A DNA stretch of 64,000 nt, from positions 32,001 to 96,000 of the forward strand of contig CBDEUK010000002.1 of NCBI GenBank assembly GCA_965243205.1. Direction: 5' to 3'. Shown here in pieces: positions 21,346 through 31,344 of the stretch (the first letter of the stretch is position 1; each line of letters opens with the position of its first letter). Made by a program: the position numbers and the translations under genes. The notes below the pieces were generated by a model, which had not been told where the DNA came from, ran no database searches, and worked only from the letters and a program-made list of their open reading frames with translations. The DNA comes from Gammaproteobacteria bacterium. GTDB taxonomy: Bacteria; Pseudomonadota; Gammaproteobacteria; Eutrophobiales; Eutrophobiaceae.

Positions 21346-23625
21346 ATGGCAAAAAAGAAAAGAAAGAAAGTCTCTCGAAAGAAAAAGTCGACTCGAAAAG
21401 TTAAAAAGTCTTCTTTTTTATCTAAACTTAAGTGGTTAATTTTTATAGGAATTTTAATATCACTAGGTATTTATGTTTTTATATTAGATCAACATATTCG
21501 TTCTGAATTTGAAGGCAAAAAATGGCAACTACCGGCACGTGTTTATGCTCAAGCAACAGAAATTTATATAGGCCAAAGCATTAAACTGAATGAAATAGAA
21601 GAAGAACTAAAAAAACTGGGCTATATAAAATCAAATTATTTATCACATCCTGGTCGTTACAAACAGTTATCAGCTAATAGTATTCAAATAACGACTCGTG
21701 ATTTTGAGTTTTGGGATGAATTAGAACCTCAACGATCGCTGCGTATAGACATTGCAGCTAATACGATTGTTAATATTACAGATCTTTCAAAGCAAGAAGA
21801 TCTGGCAGTTATTCGATTCGAACCGTTATTAATTGGCAAAATATACCCTGAACATAATGAAGATAGGGTATTAGTTGACATAGATTCTGTACCTCCAAGC
21901 TTAATTGAAGCTTTATTAGCAGTAGAAGATCGAAATTTTTATCATCATATCGGTATTGATCCTAAAGGTATCCTAAGAGCCATCATCAGTAATATACGCA
22001 ATGCAGCATTTAAACAAGGTGGAAGTACTTTAACTCAACAGTTAGTTAAAAACTTTTTCTTAACGCATGAACGTACACTGAGCCGTAAATTAAATGAATT
22101 TATTATGGCATTGATACTTGAATACCATTATTCGAAGAATGAAATACTCAATGCTTATCTAAATGAGATCTATTTAGGACAAAATGGTGCACGTGCAATC
22201 CATGGATTTGGTACAGCATCTGAATTTTACTTCGCAAAGCCTATAACAGAATTAAATGATGCTGAAATTGCATTATTGGTCTCTATTGTCAAAGGTGCTT
22301 CTTATTATAATCCACGTAAACACCAAAAACGCGTTATAGAGCGTCGTAATTTAGTATTGGATATGATGCATGAACAGGGAATTTTGACCGAACAAGCACT
22401 TAAAACAGAAAAAAAACGTTGGTTAGGTGTGACTAAGCAACAACCTGATTGGAGTGGCAGTGAATACAGTGCGTTTTTAGACTTATTAAAGCAGCAACTG
22501 TTTGAGTTTTACACTGAATCGCAATTACGTACTGAAGGTTTACGCATTTTTACCACTTTAATACCTTCATATCAGAAAAGTGCTCAACAAATTATATCAA
22601 AGCAGTTATCAAAGCTTGAGTCACAGCATGGAATTGAGAAAAACACACTGCAATCTGGCTTAATGTTAACAACAACAGATACAGCAGAGGTTTTAGCCGT
22701 TGTCGGTGCACGTAATAGCAAACAATTGGGCTTTAATCGTGCGATAAATGCTAAACGACCGATTGGCTCTTTAATTAAACCTGCTATCTATCTAACAGCC
22801 TTAGCAGATTATGCAAATTACAATGTATTATCACCTCTAGATGATAGTTCTATAAGTATGAAACAAAAAAATGGTGATGTATGGCAGCCTAAGAATTACG
22901 ATGGTAAAACACACGGCATTGTTCCTATGCATCAAGCCTTAGCGAAATCCTATAACTTAGCGACTATTCATTTAGGCATGGCTTTAGGTTTGGATAAAGT
23001 TATTAAAACCATAAAAAATTTAGGGGTTCAGCAAAATATTCCAGCTTATCCATCGTTATTATTAGGTTCTTTGGATTTATCGGTACAACAAGTCACACAA
23101 ATGTATCAAACCATTGCCAGTGATGGGTTTCAGGTGCCTTTAAACTCGATTAGAGCCATTATGGATAAAGACGGTAACATTCTTAAACGTAAAAATATCA
23201 AAGTAACACGGAGTTTAGATAATAAAGCGGTTTTTTTAACACAATCATTACTTATGAATGTGTTTCAACAAGGTACGGCGTCTTCTTTAAAGTATCGTTT
23301 TCAACATGCAATGCCATTAGCTGGTAAAACGGGTACAACTAATGGTTTACGAGATAGTTGGTTTGCTGGTTTTGGCTCCAACTTATTATCAGTCGTGTGG
23401 GTAGGGCGTGATGATAATAAACCCGCAAACTTGACGGGTGCGCGTGGTGCGATGCAGGTTTGGAGTGAATTAATGTCTAACTTGCCATTAGAGCGATTAA
23501 ATTTACAAACACCCGATGGTATTGTTGTGAGAACTGTCAAAACACTTGATAATCAATGTAATCAAGTATTGCGTTTTCCTTTTATTCAGCAAACAATGCC
23601 GAATGACTCGTATTTTTGCCAATAG
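21346..23625 (+). CDS. mrcB: Penicillin-binding protein 1B
   Basis: TM, UB2H, glycosyltransferase (EDRNF, GGSTLTQQ, RKLNE) and transpeptidase (SLIK, SYN, KTG) motifs. Confidence 0.95.
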   Translation: MAKKKRKKVSRKKKSTRKVKKSSFLSKLKWLIFIGILISLGIYVFILDQHIRSEFEGKKWQLPARVYAQATEIYIGQSIKLNEIEEELKKLGYIKSNYLSHPGRYKQLSANSIQITTRDFEFWDELEPQRSLRIDIAANTIVNITDLSKQEDLAVIRFEPLLIGKIYPEHNEDRVLVDIDSVPPSLIEALLAVEDRNFYHHIGIDPKGILRAIISNIRNAAFKQGGSTLTQQLVKNFFLTHERTLSRKLNEFIMALILEYHYSKNEILNAYLNEIYLGQNGARAIHGFGTASEFYFAKPITELNDAEIALLVSIVKGASYYNPRKHQKRVIERRNLVLDMMHEQGILTEQALKTEKKRWLGVTKQQPDWSGSEYSAFLDLLKQQLFEFYTESQLRTEGLRIFTTLIPSYQKSAQQIISKQLSKLESQHGIEKNTLQSGLMLTTTDTAEVLAVVGARNSKQLGFNRAINAKRPIGSLIKPAIYLTALADYANYNVLSPLDDSSISMKQKNGDVWQPKNYDGKTHGIVPMHQALAKSYNLATIHLGMALGLDKVIKTIKNLGVQQNIPAYPSLLLGSLDLSVQQVTQMYQTIASDGFQVPLNSIRAIMDKDGNILKRKNIKVTRSLDNKAVFLTQSLLMNVFQQGTASSLKYRFQHAMPLAGKTGTTNGLRDSWFAGFGSNLLSVVWVGRDDNKPANLTGARGAMQVWSELMSNLPLERLNLQTPDGIVVRTVKTLDNQCNQVLRFPFIQQTMPNDSYFCQ

Positions 23626-23642
23626 AAAATCTAATTAAATAA

Positions 23643-24248
23643 ATGACTATGAATCGATTGCGATTTTTATTCGCTAGTTATTGCTTATTACTACTCACTG
23701 CCTGTGGTTCTTCTAGAGTTGCTGTTCCTGTAGATGATAGAACCGCCTTACCTGATGAACCAATAGAATTATCCGATTCAGACTTAGCGGATAATTCACA
23801 AATAAGCATAGATAGCTCTGCAGATATAAGTAATCAAGCTAATAAGCCAGAAAGTTTAAAGCTTCAACAAAGCGAATCTCTTTCAAACCAGAGTCAAGCA
23901 ACGGCAAAGCCCGAACCCATTGTGTTAGCAATGTTGAATAAAGCAGAAAAACACATGGCAGCAGGTGAAGTTGAACAAGCCATCGACAGCTTGGAACGTG
24001 CGGCTAGACTTAAACCAAAAGATCCTTGGTTATGGCATTCAATGGCAGTTTTAAGATTACAAACAAAAGAGTGGGGCGAAGCAATTAATCTAGCTCAGAA
24101 ATCTATTTCGTTATCAGGTGGTCAACAAAAATTACTCGCTGGCAATTGGCAAATAATTTTGGATGCTAAAAAAGCCTTAGGTGATGAAACAGGTGTAATT
24201 GAGGCCGAGAAGAAACTTAGATTATATCAACCCGTTTTAACTTCTTAG
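23643..24248 (+). CDS. TPR lipoprotein, LpoP-like PBP1B activator
   Basis: Lipobox LTAC, disordered linker, C-terminal TPR (LERAARL.P.DP.LW); directly after mrcB as in Pseudomonas. Confidence 0.72.
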   Translation: MTMNRLRFLFASYCLLLLTACGSSRVAVPVDDRTALPDEPIELSDSDLADNSQISIDSSADISNQANKPESLKLQQSESLSNQSQATAKPEPIVLAMLNKAEKHMAAGEVEQAIDSLERAARLKPKDPWLWHSMAVLRLQTKEWGEAINLAQKSISLSGGQQKLLAGNWQIILDAKKALGDETGVIEAEKKLRLYQPVLTS

Positions 24249-24258
24249 GGTTATAGGT

Positions 24259-24714
24259 TTATTGTGTGGTAGCTGCCGCTCTGCCGCCACGTTTTTCCAA
24301 ACGAATTAAATCTTCCAAAATACCTTTGCCTGAAGATTCACGGATAATATCGCGATCAGGTTGTACAAACATACGACCTAATAAGGAATCTGATTCCTCT
24401 CCTTGTTGTTGTTTATCCATCTCTTCTTGTAATTCCATTTCCGCTTCGTAATCCATTTGTTCTTGTTCCGCTTGTAAACGTTTCATCAATTCTTTTTGTT
24501 GATACACAATTGAGTTTGGATTATGACTGTGTTTAACAGAACCATTATGTTTATAGCCTGATTTAGGAATGTTCGAGACCAGTTTTCCTTTTGGAGAATC
24601 TTTCACTACATGAAAATGCAAAATTTCGGTATCCGCAGCTTGAGTAATACTGGAAAGAATTGAAAAGATAAAAATTATTGAAAACCTTGAAACCTGTTTC
24701 ATGGGAAACTCCAT
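24259..24714 (-). CDS. Hypothetical exported protein
   Basis: 151-aa ORF with a signal-peptide-like N-terminus (ITQA-A). Confidence 0.6.
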   Translation of the reverse strand: MEFPMKQVSRFSIIFIFSILSSITQAADTEILHFHVVKDSPKGKLVSNIPKSGYKHNGSVKHSHNPNSIVYQQKELMKRLQAEQEQMDYEAEMELQEEMDKQQQGEESDSLLGRMFVQPDRDIIRESSGKGILEDLIRLEKRGGRAAATTQ

Positions 24715-25104
24715 AACTGCGTATTTATTAATAACTTATGCTTAAGAATAACTAAGCTGGATTAAACTGCAAGGAATTTAATAATTGTCCTTTAAAAGAA
24801 TTTCCAGCCAACTTTATAAGCTATTGAAATATAGTTAAAAAACGACCGTATTTGAATGACTATAATATAGAGTAACACCTATATTAATGGATATAGAATG
24901 AGTTCACCGCTTCTTTGCATCCATGCAACCCCGGTATTAGTATTTTCTGATACGTCATGTGGACACATTAGATATAGGATCGATATACTATATTCATACC
25001 CTATCTTATTGATACAAGGAGGTTTTCCTAGATGTTACCTTTTAAATCCTATAATAGTTTAACGGACAAACTGTCCCTTAAAATAAAATATAGTTATGTA
25101 AACT

Positions 25105-25428
25105 ATGAGTAATAACCCACACGAAAAATTAGCAAATAATTTATATATAGGATCGCTAATATTTTTTCCTATATTTTTTATCGTTGTGAGTGTGATAGGG
25201 ACACAGAAAAACAGCATAGAAATAATATCTGTTCCAATAGAAAAACTTAAAAAGTATTGTGTTAATGGCAAATGTTTTATTGAAGCTAAAATTCAAGATA
25301 AAAACACAAGTAAAAAAATAACACTGCCAAACTTTCAAGAATTGAAAGTTGGTGATTTTATTTATGTGGAAAAAACATGTAATGAGTTTAGTACTAAAAA
25401 ACCATGTAAATACAGATTCAAACGTTAG
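25105..25428 (+). CDS. Hypothetical membrane-anchored protein
   Basis: One N-terminal TM segment; its stop codon lies in the GTTAGAT core site that opens the cassette array. Confidence 0.55.
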   Translation: MSNNPHEKLANNLYIGSLIFFPIFFIVVSVIGTQKNSIEIISVPIEKLKKYCVNGKCFIEAKIQDKNTSKKITLPNFQELKVGDFIYVEKTCNEFSTKKPCKYRFKR

Positions 25429-25450
25429 ATTTTAAAAGGAAAAAAATAGT

Positions 25451-25948
25451 ATGGCGTACGATAAAACTGATTGGCATTCTGGAGGAGACTATCCTGAAGA
25501 TCTTCCTCCTGAAAACGGTGGAACTCATATAGGAATGTTCTTAGCTTGGATTATTAAATCACATTTAGAAGGTGTTTTTCATAAAGAAGCAGTAGAAGCC
25601 TTGGAAAAAGTTAGAAATGAATCAATGACTGGTAGAGAATACTTCTCCATGTATTGCGATGAAAAACTATGGGAAGATGATTTAAATGAAGAGGCAAATG
25701 CTTTCGCAAAATTTTATTATCTAGATGGTACTTATTTCGAGGATTATGAATCGATTTTGCTAAATAACCTCCCCACTCTTTATCATATTGAGAATACTTG
25801 GGAGAATTATCACAAACTTGAATCAAGGTTAACTGAGCGCTTTAATGAGTGGCGTGTAAATCATCCTTTTACACCTTCAACTGATGATTCCACTGGTCAT
25901 TCAGATCACGAATCAGAAACTAAAAAAACATGGTGGAAATTTTGGTAA
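25451..25948 (+). CDS. Cassette 1: hypothetical protein (acidic, C-terminal WWKFW motif)
   Basis: 165-aa ORF with RBS AAGGA; followed immediately by attC. Confidence 0.8.
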   Translation: MAYDKTDWHSGGDYPEDLPPENGGTHIGMFLAWIIKSHLEGVFHKEAVEALEKVRNESMTGREYFSMYCDEKLWEDDLNEEANAFAKFYYLDGTYFEDYESILLNNLPTLYHIENTWENYHKLESRLTERFNEWRVNHPFTPSTDDSTGHSDHESETKKTWWKFW

Positions 25949-25949
25949 A

Positions 25950-26007
25950 ACCTAACCAATTATTCCAACCGGCCTTTAACGCGGCCGGCTAAATTCAAAT
26001 GTTATGT
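25950..26007 (+). other. attC site
   Basis: ACCTAAC...central hairpin CCGGCC/GGCCGG...GTTATGT, 58 bp. Confidence 0.8.
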
Positions 26008-26019
26008 GCCGATACAAAT

Positions 26020-26574
26020 ATGAAAGATTTTAAGAAAATTATAAAATCTGAAGCAGAAAAAATGCATAAATTGCATCAAGCAGTTCATATTACATTACAA
26101 ACAAGAAGTAAGGATAGAGCCAATTGGCAAAAGGCATGTGAAGAATTCCATTCATATATTTCTGAAATAGACTCCCTTATATATAAAGTATATGAAGAAG
26201 ACGAATATTCAGATGCTGAATTACTGGAATTTGTAATAGCATTTTTGGAAATTGACCCACTATTTTTTAGATCAGGCTACATTAAGGAAGAAATGTTAAG
26301 AAAAATTAAGCGGTCTTCATTAACACCTAAGCAATTAAGTAGACTGCTCAATATTTTACATCATGCAGTTGAAAACAGAGGTACAAGAGAATTCAAAGCA
26401 TATTGTAGGCTGGCAGCAGTAATCGCAGATAAGAAACTTATTGGAGCCCTTGAAACAACAATAAGACATGGAAAAGGCGCTCAAAAAAGTCGAGCAGAAC
26501 TTATGTTCCAACATATTAATCAACAAAAGGCACATAACAAATCATTCCAGCCGACGGCTAACGAGATCGGCTGA
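26020..26574 (+). CDS. Cassette 2: hypothetical protein (stop codon inside attC)
   Basis: ORF contains FLEIDP.FFRSGY.KE; the cassette starts GTTATGT and ends ACATAAC (exact complement). Confidence 0.78.
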   Translation: MKDFKKIIKSEAEKMHKLHQAVHITLQTRSKDRANWQKACEEFHSYISEIDSLIYKVYEEDEYSDAELLEFVIAFLEIDPLFFRSGYIKEEMLRKIKRSSLTPKQLSRLLNILHHAVENRGTREFKAYCRLAAVIADKKLIGALETTIRHGKGAQKSRAELMFQHINQQKAHNKSFQPTANEIG

Positions 26575-26589
26575 ACTCAAACGTTATGC
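26532..26589 (+). other. attC site
   Basis: ACATAACAAATCATTCCAGCCGA...TCGGCTGAACTCAAACGTTATGC, 58 bp. Confidence 0.85.
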
Positions 26590-26602
26590 ATATAGAAAAA
26601 TC

Positions 26603-27466
26603 ATGAATAAGACACTAGTTATCATTTTGTCAATGGGGGTTTCGATGTTTTCTTTTGGGAGAGATCATAAAGTAATAGATGTAAAATTCTACGAAGGTAA
26701 AGACGAGAAACCATTTGCACAATCAAATGTTCCGGTAGAACAACTTCCAGATACTTTTGAAATTGATACTACTATGCATTTTGGCGAAGATGACTGGAGC
26801 GTATTAGGTGCTGAACCTGCTCAAAAAACTGAATTTAAAAAAAGTGGTAAATTAAATTTATATCTTTCGAAAATCGAAATAACAAAAATTGATCCTAAAG
26901 AACTACTGTATAGCCTTCCGACTATAAGCAATGATATTGCTGGCGTTGAAGATACCAAATCATTAGAAAATGTTGCAGTCCTTCGAGAAGATGATTGGAG
27001 GCAGTTTGAATTTGTAGGAAGAGAGCATGAATCTTCAATAGAAAATGAATTTAAGTCTATCTCTGATATATATAAAAACTATCGTGAAGGCATGGGGTTT
27101 AAGGAGTTACATGTTAGGAAAATGATACCTTCTCCTTTGAGCAAGAACAATCTTACGCTTGAAATGCTTAAGTCATCATTTACTATAGAAAAAATATACT
27201 CTGGAGTAGCATTTAATAATGCAGCTGCAACAATAATAGGAGGTTTTGCTCTATATACTAAATCTGGTTGGCTACTTTGGGGGCAAGTTGATAATTCTGG
27301 AGTCATTTTGACACTAAATATAAGCCAAACTAAAGAATCAAGTATCAGAGGTATTTCCAAAGAAATTGATTCCTTTACAGAAAGAAATAATTTATACCTA
27401 GTGGATTGGCCAAGTCTGTTTTGGAGTGGTCAAGGAAAGCTCAATTTTTTAAAATATGGTGAATAA
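26603..27466 (+). CDS. Cassette 3: hypothetical protein
   Basis: ATG after attC; cassette GTTATGC...GCATAAC (exact complement); contains EDDWRQFEF. Confidence 0.78.
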   Translation: MNKTLVIILSMGVSMFSFGRDHKVIDVKFYEGKDEKPFAQSNVPVEQLPDTFEIDTTMHFGEDDWSVLGAEPAQKTEFKKSGKLNLYLSKIEITKIDPKELLYSLPTISNDIAGVEDTKSLENVAVLREDDWRQFEFVGREHESSIENEFKSISDIYKNYREGMGFKELHVRKMIPSPLSKNNLTLEMLKSSFTIEKIYSGVAFNNAAATIIGGFALYTKSGWLLWGQVDNSGVILTLNISQTKESSIRGISKEIDSFTERNNLYLVDWPSLFWSGQGKLNFLKYGE

Positions 27467-27467
27467 T

Positions 27468-27491
27468 GCATAACAAATCATTTCAGCTGAC
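27468..27491 (+). other. Truncated attC (left half only)
   Basis: GCATAACAAATCATTTCAGCTGAC matches the left half of the 26532 attC; the right half is missing. Confidence 0.6.
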
Positions 27492-27547
27492 TTTATGCAT
27501 TTATGATTGGACATGGCGTTTAGTTTCATCAGCTTAAGATTATACCA

Positions 27548-27799
27548 ATGAATTCAAATATCAATTTTTCTCCACAAGAACTCGAAGCAATGCATTCCAA
27601 TCACAAAATTAAAGCCATAAAATTAGTACGAGAGAGTAAAGGCTTAGGGCTTAAGAAAGCTAAGGACTTAGTAGATGATTACATGAGTCAAAATTCACAT
27701 CTTATCCAAAACCGTCCGAGTTCTGGTGGTTTTCAATTTTTTGTGTTTTTAATATTACTGGTTTTAGTGATTTGGTATTTTATGTTTAGCTCGTCGTAA
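27548..27799 (+). CDS. Small protein with L7/L12 C-terminal-like domain and C-terminal TM
   Basis: KIKAIKLVRE..GLGLK.AKDLVD plus a hydrophobic tail. Confidence 0.7.
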   Translation: MNSNINFSPQELEAMHSNHKIKAIKLVRESKGLGLKKAKDLVDDYMSQNSHLIQNRPSSGGFQFFVFLILLVLVIWYFMFSSS

Positions 27800-27901
27800 A
27801 GTTTGTTGTATAACTTTTCAGCTGAAAATGAATAATAGGTTTTTATCAAATTACTCGACTTATAAACGAGTATTGTAAATAAATGATAAATTATATGAAT
27901 T

Positions 27902-28207
27902 ATGGAAGTTAAAGCTGAAATATTTGAAAACATGATGGTGCTTTCTACTGATACACAACAAGTCACAGTAAAATCTTCAGTGCCATTCACAACTAACAGA
28001 TTGTTAGTAGGCACGTTTGATCCTGCGCTAAATTGTATGAAAGATGGTTTGAACCAATTAGGAGCTGTTGGTTTATTTAAACTTAAGCCAAACATGATCA
28101 TACAACCAAAATCTATGGTTGAAGGTGGTCTTTCAGAAGTAGAAGAACGTTGTTTGTTAGAGTTAGGATTGTCTGCTGGGGCAAGTAAAGTAGAGATCCG
28201 AATTTAG
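27902..28207 (+). CDS. Small YjaA-like (MreB-fragment-like) hypothetical protein
   Basis: F...RLLVG.F, EGGLSEVEER.L.EL...AGA pattern. Confidence 0.6.
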   Translation: MEVKAEIFENMMVLSTDTQQVTVKSSVPFTTNRLLVGTFDPALNCMKDGLNQLGAVGLFKLKPNMIIQPKSMVEGGLSEVEERCLLELGLSAGASKVEIRI

Positions 28208-28212
28208 ATATT

Positions 28213-28500
28213 CTAAAGTTTTTTAGGTGTTTTGCCTTTCAACTGATATGCAAACGCAATCACTTCTGCTACTGCTAAATAGAGTGTTTCGGGAATTTCA
28301 GTTCCTAATTCTACTTTCGATAAAAAATGTACTAAGTCTTTATCTTCTTTAATTGGTACATCATGTTCTTTGGCAATCTTTAATATATCTTCTGCAATGT
28401 AACCTTGGCCTTTGGCGCTAACAGTTGGCGCACCTTCACCATCATAATGTAAGGCAACGACTTGTTGATTAAGGTCAATTATTTCTTCTTGTTCATTCAT
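28213..28500 (-). CDS. FlhB C-terminal-like (EscU/YscU/HrcU family) small protein
   Basis: VALHYD...AP.V.AKG.G..AE.I, EIPE.LY.AVAEV. Confidence 0.9.
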   Translation of the reverse strand: MNEQEEIIDLNQQVVALHYDGEGAPTVSAKGQGYIAEDILKIAKEHDVPIKEDKDLVHFLSKVELGTEIPETLYLAVAEVIAFAYQLKGKTPKKL

Positions 28501-29795
28501 AAGTGTAAATCGATTAACTTATTTGCTTGAATGGATTGAGGCTGGAATTCTGGTTTGTTATGTAAAGTTGTTAATGAGTTTACTTTTAAACCCGCTTTGC
28601 TTAGTTGTTTCTCTAATCCTTCCAGATGTTGTTCAACTAGATCTAAGGTTTCAGCTTGGTCTGCCCACAATGAAGTATTCAATTCGCCATTGAATAAACT
28701 TAATTTAGCATACAGTTTACCTAAGCCTGTCATTTCTAATGTTAATTCTACTGACCACAAGCTTTGTTCTTCTGCATCAGAAGATTTTGTTTCTTGGTAA
28801 ACGGTTAAATCGAGATGATCGATATGTTTTTTATCAAGCACGGGAATCGAAGTGTTCCAAATCGGTAGTTCGACTTTATCAAGAACAACGGCATTATTTT
28901 GTTGAATAATGATTTTACTCAATGCTTGTTCAATAAACTTTATAGTTTCGACTTTATCGAAAAATTTTGGTAACTCTACCACTTGGTTATTATTATTCTG
29001 AGCTGCTTTTGTATTTTGTAATGCCGATTGTTGTTCTGCTTGTTTGGCATTTTGAGTTTCAGGTACGGTTGTACTGATTGGTTTTGTTACAGCAGTTGGA
29101 GTTGCATTTGTATTTGTTTGATTGGCTTGTACTTGCGTATTTTGTGGTTTTTCATTTCCCGTACTTTCTTTCAGTAGTGACAACAGTTTTAGTAAATTAG
29201 CCTTTAAATCATTTTGTACAAGAGTTGATTGTTGTGAACTTACCTTAGGACCATTTGCAATATTGGCTAAATGCGATTCTAAAAATAACCCCGATTGTTT
29301 CAAAGCTTGTTTCAGTCCTTCCTTATTCGATAACTGACTGGGTCCAGCTAAGGTTTGCATCAAGTTTTGTAACTGTTGTGTGACTTGAGTTGGTAATGAT
29401 GCTTTGAGATTTGGCGCGTTCAGTACCGTGTTTAAGGTTTTTACTAATGGCTCGAAATTAGGATTTTTTGGCAGAGTTGTTTTTAAAAGATCACTACGGC
29501 TATTTTGTAATGCAGCTAGCTGATTTTGCTGAGGAGTAGTTTTGGCCTCAACCGCTTTTAAGAGGATAGGATCGTTCAGGCTCTCTACTTTTAATTTTAA
29601 TTGTTGTCCTGTCGCTATCGAACGATCTGTATGTGCCTGAATTTTTTGATTATTTGCCAATAATTCAATTAGATTCCCTCCCAATTTAGCCGTTACAGTA
29701 GCGTTCAAAACCTGTCCGAGTTTCAACGAAATCACAGGTGATTTTGTATCCAGAGCAACGAGGTTTTGAGCTTTGATCGCAGAAGAGATTTCCAT
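28497..29795 (-). CDS. Flagellar hook-length control FliK-family protein
   Basis: ALKQSGLFLE, Q/T-rich linker, C-terminal FliK-like domain; coupled to the FlhB-like gene. Confidence 0.75.
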   Translation of the reverse strand: MEISSAIKAQNLVALDTKSPVISLKLGQVLNATVTAKLGGNLIELLANNQKIQAHTDRSIATGQQLKLKVESLNDPILLKAVEAKTTPQQNQLAALQNSRSDLLKTTLPKNPNFEPLVKTLNTVLNAPNLKASLPTQVTQQLQNLMQTLAGPSQLSNKEGLKQALKQSGLFLESHLANIANGPKVSSQQSTLVQNDLKANLLKLLSLLKESTGNEKPQNTQVQANQTNTNATPTAVTKPISTTVPETQNAKQAEQQSALQNTKAAQNNNNQVVELPKFFDKVETIKFIEQALSKIIIQQNNAVVLDKVELPIWNTSIPVLDKKHIDHLDLTVYQETKSSDAEEQSLWSVELTLEMTGLGKLYAKLSLFNGELNTSLWADQAETLDLVEQHLEGLEKQLSKAGLKVNSLTTLHNKPEFQPQSIQANKLIDLHL

Positions 29796-29875
29796 GCTAA
29801 CGTCAGCGGCCGATTGGCATGAAACTTGAGTTAAACTTTTGAAAATTAGACATATTTATCAAATTTGAGACCTCA

Positions 29876-30784
29876 GTGACAAAGAAAAATCGTTGGTTCG
29901 TGAAACGTGGTTCTACGGTAAAAGGGCCATTTTTAGAAGCGCATATCACTCAATATTTATTATTGGGCCGAGTGCGTGACGATGATGAATTGAGTCAAGA
30001 CGAAGAAAATTGGCAACCTGCTATTTCTTTCAAAGAACTTTATCCGAGTGTGTTATTAGAAGAGCCAAGAGATGAGGAAAAAATTCAGGCTGAACGGATA
30101 AAAATTGATGAACGAGCAAAGGATAGGCGTGCAGAACAAAAACAAGACGATTCAAAAACCAACAAAGATTTATCAGACGAACGTCGAGAAGCTAAAGATA
30201 GAAGACAATCTGAATCTGAAGACATGGTGGAATACAGAGAACGTCATGCTCGAGTGATGGATAGTTTGGTGGAAACTGAACAAACAAAAACTCAACCAAG
30301 AATATTTATTTATCTTGCTGTCGTTATTTTAGTGTTATTAATTCTGAGTTTTGAATTTAAAAATCAATCAGGATTTTATCAGGCAGATTGTTCAGCCAAG
30401 CCAACCATAGAGGTTAATTGGATGAATTGCGATAAGATAGGTAGTGATTTATCGAATCAAGATTTATCCAGTGCGAATTTACGTAATGTGAAATTTCAAA
30501 AAGCAAATTTGCTGGGTACAAAATTAGTGGATGCTGATATGTCATATTCACAACTGAACAAAGCGATTTTAGCTAACGCGAATATGCAAGGTGCAAGATT
30601 AAAAGGCGCTAATTTAAATGGCGCTGATTTACATTACACAAATTTAGAAAATGCTGATTTAAGTTTTTCCGACTTAAGTAACGCTGAGATTGGCGGCGTG
30701 AATTTAACGAACGCAAAGCTAGATAACGTGATTTGGATCAATGGACGTGTTTGTAAAGAAGGTTCTGTAGGTGAATGTTTATAG
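29876..30784 (+). CDS. Pentapeptide-repeat membrane protein with N-terminal GYF_2-like domain
   Basis: WFV...GPF N-terminus, TM segment, then A(N/D)LxxA repeats. Confidence 0.8.
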   Translation: MTKKNRWFVKRGSTVKGPFLEAHITQYLLLGRVRDDDELSQDEENWQPAISFKELYPSVLLEEPRDEEKIQAERIKIDERAKDRRAEQKQDDSKTNKDLSDERREAKDRRQSESEDMVEYRERHARVMDSLVETEQTKTQPRIFIYLAVVILVLLILSFEFKNQSGFYQADCSAKPTIEVNWMNCDKIGSDLSNQDLSSANLRNVKFQKANLLGTKLVDADMSYSQLNKAILANANMQGARLKGANLNGADLHYTNLENADLSFSDLSNAEIGGVNLTNAKLDNVIWINGRVCKEGSVGECL

Positions 30785-30793
30785 TAATAGCGT

Positions 30794-31342
30794 TTACTCA
30801 GAGATAGAAAATGCTTGATAGATAAAGGCTCTTTCAGGACATTCATCTAAATTCATTCCAGCTTTTAATTTAAGTTGTTGCAGAAATTTTTTAGAGTCTG
30901 GTAAGTTTTCCCATACAGCAGGTAAGAATGTAGCTCGTTTCGACCCTGATTCAATCACTAGGCCATCAATGTTCACACGAAGCTTATTTAAAAGATCGAA
31001 TTCATCCTCGAACTCTAATGACTTTGGTTTATTTAAAACTGAAATGCTGATTTTTATTCGTTCGAATTCTTCTATTTTTAAAGGCTCAAACCGTGGATCG
31101 CTAAACGCTGCAGAGTAGGCATTGCGTAAAACTGTATCGGATAAACTCGAATGGGGTTCCATATTACCTATGCAACCTCGTAAATTATTATCTATCTTCA
31201 ATGTAACAAAGCAAGCTAGTGGTTGTTCTAATTCACTGTTAATTATTTCTGGAAAATCTTTAGTGGTTTGATTTTGTAATGCTCGTTCAATACTGAAATG
31301 TGCAAGGCGAAGTAATTGTTGTTGTGATGATTGTTCAAACAT
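30794..31342 (-). CDS. amrA: AmmeMemoRadiSam system protein A (AMMECR1 domain)
   Basis: CFVTL, LRGCIG, DPRF, ATFLP.VW, LKLKAG. Confidence 0.93.
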   Translation of the reverse strand: MFEQSSQQQLLRLAHFSIERALQNQTTKDFPEIINSELEQPLACFVTLKIDNNLRGCIGNMEPHSSLSDTVLRNAYSAAFSDPRFEPLKIEEFERIKISISVLNKPKSLEFEDEFDLLNKLRVNIDGLVIESGSKRATFLPAVWENLPDSKKFLQQLKLKAGMNLDECPERAFIYQAFSISE

Positions 31343-31344
31343 AA

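Larger units (their letters stand above)
25424..27491 (+). mobile_element. Integron cassette array without integrase (CALIN), three cassettes
   Basis: Each ORF is bracketed by complementary GTTRRRY/RYYYAAC-type sites; two complete 58-bp attC sites and one truncated; no intI in the window. Confidence 0.8.

Noticed and set aside
26468-26602. Extended N-terminus of the 332-aa ORF
   Set aside because: It crosses the previous gene and an attC; the cassette gene more plausibly starts at ATG 26603.
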